Shown here piece by piece: positions 25,740-27,949 of a DNA stretch of 27,949 nt. The position numbers and the translations under genes were made by a program. Source of the stretch: Thermoanaerobaculia bacterium. Its GTDB lineage: Bacteria; Acidobacteriota; Thermoanaerobaculia; Multivoradales; UBA5704. The stretch covers positions 1 through 27,949 of the forward strand of contig JBGAGQ010000078.1 in NCBI GenBank assembly GCA_044226625.1, given 5' to 3'. The notes under the pieces were generated by a model. It saw nothing but the letters and a program-made list of their open reading frames with translations. It was not told the origin of the DNA and made no database searches. Position 1 is the stretch's first letter. The number at the start of each line of letters is the position of its first letter.

Positions 25740-26654
25740 ATGAGCGCCCGCCAGATCGCCGCGTTGGTCTTCCTGTCCGCCATCTGGGGCGCGTCGTTCC
25801 TGTTCATCCGGGTTGCCGCGCCAGCGCTTGGACCGTTCCCCCTGATGGCGGGGCGGGTCGTCCTGGCGGGCGCGGCGCTGTTCGCCTACGCCAAGGCGCG
25901 ACGGATTCCGGTCGTTCTCGCGCCCTACGGCCGGCGTCTCTTGATCTTGGGCCTCGTCCATTCGGCCGTGCCGTTCAGCTTGATCGCGGCGGCCGAGATC
26001 CATCTCACCGCGTCGATGGCGGCGGTGCTGCTCGCCGCCCAGCCGCTGTTCGCGGCGCTGATCGGAACGCTCTGGCTGGGTGAACCGATCTCCTGGAAGC
26101 GGATCGGCGGGATCGCGCTCGGCATCGCCGGGGTGGCGGCTCTCGTCGGTTGGAGCCCCGTGGCGCTCGACGCCCGCTCGATCGCATGCATCGCCGCCGT
26201 GCTCGTCGCGTCGATTTCCTATGCGGCCGGAAGCCTCTACTCGCGTCGCAAGCTCGGTGACGCCCCGGTGATGACGCTCGCTCTCGGACAGCAGCTCGGC
26301 TCGGCGGTATGGCTGCTCGCACCCGCGGCGATCGCGTGGCCCCAGGTTCGAGCGACCCCGGCCGCGCTCGGCGCCCTCGTGGCGCTCGCCCTGGTGTCGA
26401 CGGCGTTGGCCTATCTCGTCTTCTTCTGGCTGAACGGCGAGGTGGGAGCCGTCAGAACGTCGACGGTGACGCTCATCATCCCGATCTTCGGAGTTTTGTG
26501 GGGGAGCCTGCTGCTCGGCGAGCGCCTCACGCCGGGAATGCTCGCGGGGCTCGGCCTGATCCTGTCGAGCCTGCTGCTGGTGAATCGCAAGTCGGAGCCG
26601 TCCGTCGCGAAGGCCGAAAGCCGTCCGACGATTTCGGCGGTCGGCGCCCGCTGA
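25740..26654 (+). CDS. EamA/DMT family transporter
   Basis: LSAIWGASFLFIRVA, about ten TM segments, LLLGERLT. Confidence 0.95.
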   Translation: MSARQIAALVFLSAIWGASFLFIRVAAPALGPFPLMAGRVVLAGAALFAYAKARRIPVVLAPYGRRLLILGLVHSAVPFSLIAAAEIHLTASMAAVLLAAQPLFAALIGTLWLGEPISWKRIGGIALGIAGVAALVGWSPVALDARSIACIAAVLVASISYAAGSLYSRRKLGDAPVMTLALGQQLGSAVWLLAPAAIAWPQVRATPAALGALVALALVSTALAYLVFFWLNGEVGAVRTSTVTLIIPIFGVLWGSLLLGERLTPGMLAGLGLILSSLLLVNRKSEPSVAKAESRPTISAVGAR

Positions 26655-26691
26655 ACGCTGCGACGTGTGGGGGGAGTTTTTCAGCAGCCGG

Positions 26692-27402
26692 CTAGGGTCC
26701 GGCGTAGCGCCCTCGGTTCACCTGTTGGCGGAGGCCATCCAGAATCCAGCCCACGGAACGCTCGGTCTGCGGATTGACCAGGAACGCCGGGGAACCGCCC
26801 GGATCGAGGAAGAATCGGCAGGTGACGAGCGTGCCCGTGCCGAGCGGCTCGAGATCGAACGAGCCGTGCTGGTCGCGGACCTCGCCGCCGGGAAGCGAGG
26901 TCCAGGTGACGCGATAAGCCGTCTCGCTCGGCCGGGCGAGTCGGTAGCGAGCGGTCAGGCGCCGCGTGCCGAGGAAGCGCGGCAGCTCGAGCCGCTGACG
27001 CGAAAGGATCGAGCCGTCCTTCTGCGGTTCCGCGGTCGAGGCCTCCAAGAACGGCATGAACTCCTCGTAATGGAGAACGTCGGCCACGGCGCGTACCACG
27101 CGCTCGAACGGCTGCGGAACGAGGGCGCGGCCGAACCCCTCCTTGAAACTCGTTCCGCGGACGGGCGCGGAGCCGACCAGGATCTCCCCACGTTCCAGCC
27201 GAATGCGATCGGCGGAGGAGAGGGGAGCGACTCGAGCGGCTCCTGGTTCCGAATGCCCGCTTGCACCGCCCGCAGGCTCGGAGCGGATCGCGAGGCAGAC
27301 GATCACCAAGGCGGCCGCGACGAGAAGCATCGATTCCGCAGAGGAAGCTCTATCGGGTTTCGATCGCGCCGGCCGATCCGCGGTCGTGGGTTGTTTCATC
27401 AT
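26692..27402 (-). CDS. SRPBCC/START (polyketide cyclase-like) domain protein with N-terminal hydrophobic segment
   Basis: RLERGEILV, VADVLHYEEFMPFL, WTSLPGGEVRDQHGSFDLEP, DPGGSPAFLVN; start uncertain. Confidence 0.75.
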   Translation of the reverse strand: MMKQPTTADRPARSKPDRASSAESMLLVAAALVIVCLAIRSEPAGGASGHSEPGAARVAPLSSADRIRLERGEILVGSAPVRGTSFKEGFGRALVPQPFERVVRAVADVLHYEEFMPFLEASTAEPQKDGSILSRQRLELPRFLGTRRLTARYRLARPSETAYRVTWTSLPGGEVRDQHGSFDLEPLGTGTLVTCRFFLDPGGSPAFLVNPQTERSVGWILDGLRQQVNRGRYAGP

Positions 27403-27518
27403 TCTTCCCGATTGTAGCTGTCGACTTGCACTTTCCCCGCCGATAGCGGCGGCTCCATTTCGTCGCGAGAGAACACGCCGGTAGGATCCCCGAGGACGGG
27501 CTGCGCGAGGGGAACGCG

Positions 27519-27949
27519 ATGACAAAGGTTCCGCGGCACCGAGCGCTTCCTCGGTGGCGGCGTCTCGGGGTCGGATTCTTGCTCTTGGCGGTGCTGCTTT
27601 GGCCGATACGGCGAGGGCTTGGCAATGCGGTCCGGGCGGTCGGGCTCGCGTTCGAACCGGCGCCGATCGTCCTGCCGGTGCCCGTGGAAGGAATTCGGCC
27701 CGGGGATCTGGAGGACACCTGGGGAGCCGCGCGCAGCGGGGGACGGCACCACGAAGGGATCGACATCCTGGCGCCGCGAGGAACGCACGTGCTCGCGGCG
27801 GCTCGCGGTCTCGTCACCGGCCGGGGCTGGAATCGGCTCGGCGGGCGGTTCGTCCAGGTCTTCGGCGCCGGAGGGCGCTCGTATTACTACGCCCACCTCG
27901 ATGCCTTCGACGAGCCGGACGTTGGGGACTGGGTCGAGCCGGGCGACCT
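27519..27949 (+). CDS. M23 family metallopeptidase, 3'-partial (absent from the ORF track)
   Basis: ATG 27519; TM segment then DTWGAARSGGRHHEGIDILAPRGT...YYYAHLD (HxxxD and HxD/H zinc motifs). Confidence 0.9.
   Translation, partial: MTKVPRHRALPRWRRLGVGFLLLAVLLWPIRRGLGNAVRAVGLAFEPAPIVLPVPVEGIRPGDLEDTWGAARSGGRHHEGIDILAPRGTHVLAAARGLVTGRGWNRLGGRFVQVFGAGGRSYYYAHLDAFDEPDVGDWVEPGD

Noticed and set aside
12689-27417. Long alternative-frame ORFs (e.g. 13272..15905, 13643..15247, 18610..20523, 23670..25169, 26665..27417)
   Set aside because: Shadow ORFs of GC-rich genes: Arg/Pro/Gly-rich, motif-less and overlapping well-supported CDSs

Overview
GC-rich bacterial DNA (roughly 70% GC by eye; gene content resembles Acidobacteria/myxobacteria-like organisms, which is an inference) with an accessory region at about 1.3-12.3 kb. 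After a truncated ELWxxDGT-repeat gene come a 20-bp-period A/T-tract array with internal dyad symmetry and a head-to-tail series of four copies of one HUH/Y1 (IS200/RAYT-like) transposase element. One copy is intact, two are 5'-truncated and one is internally deleted; all end at the same 18-nt terminal motif. Between the copies lie a decayed PIN toxin pair, an IS110 stub that keeps its structured upstream non-coding end, a small AT-rich ORF and an IS1182-like stub. The last copy is followed by an AT-richer, tightly coupled six-gene operon: membrane protein, GNAT acetyltransferase, Ser/Thr kinase, GT4, DegT aminotransferase, GT4. This operon is the best candidate for an undescribed system. The remainder looks like host genome: a 4-hydroxybenzoyl-CoA-reductase-like Mo enzyme operon (catalytic Glu apparently Gln, with a REP-like pair inside), a DUF3592/arrestin-like/P-loop NTPase trio, an ECF sigma/anti-sigma pair with two back-to-back ECF promoters, a MocR regulator divergent from AhpD-EamA, a START-domain gene and a partial M23 peptidase. 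All family calls come from motif recognition, not database searches.
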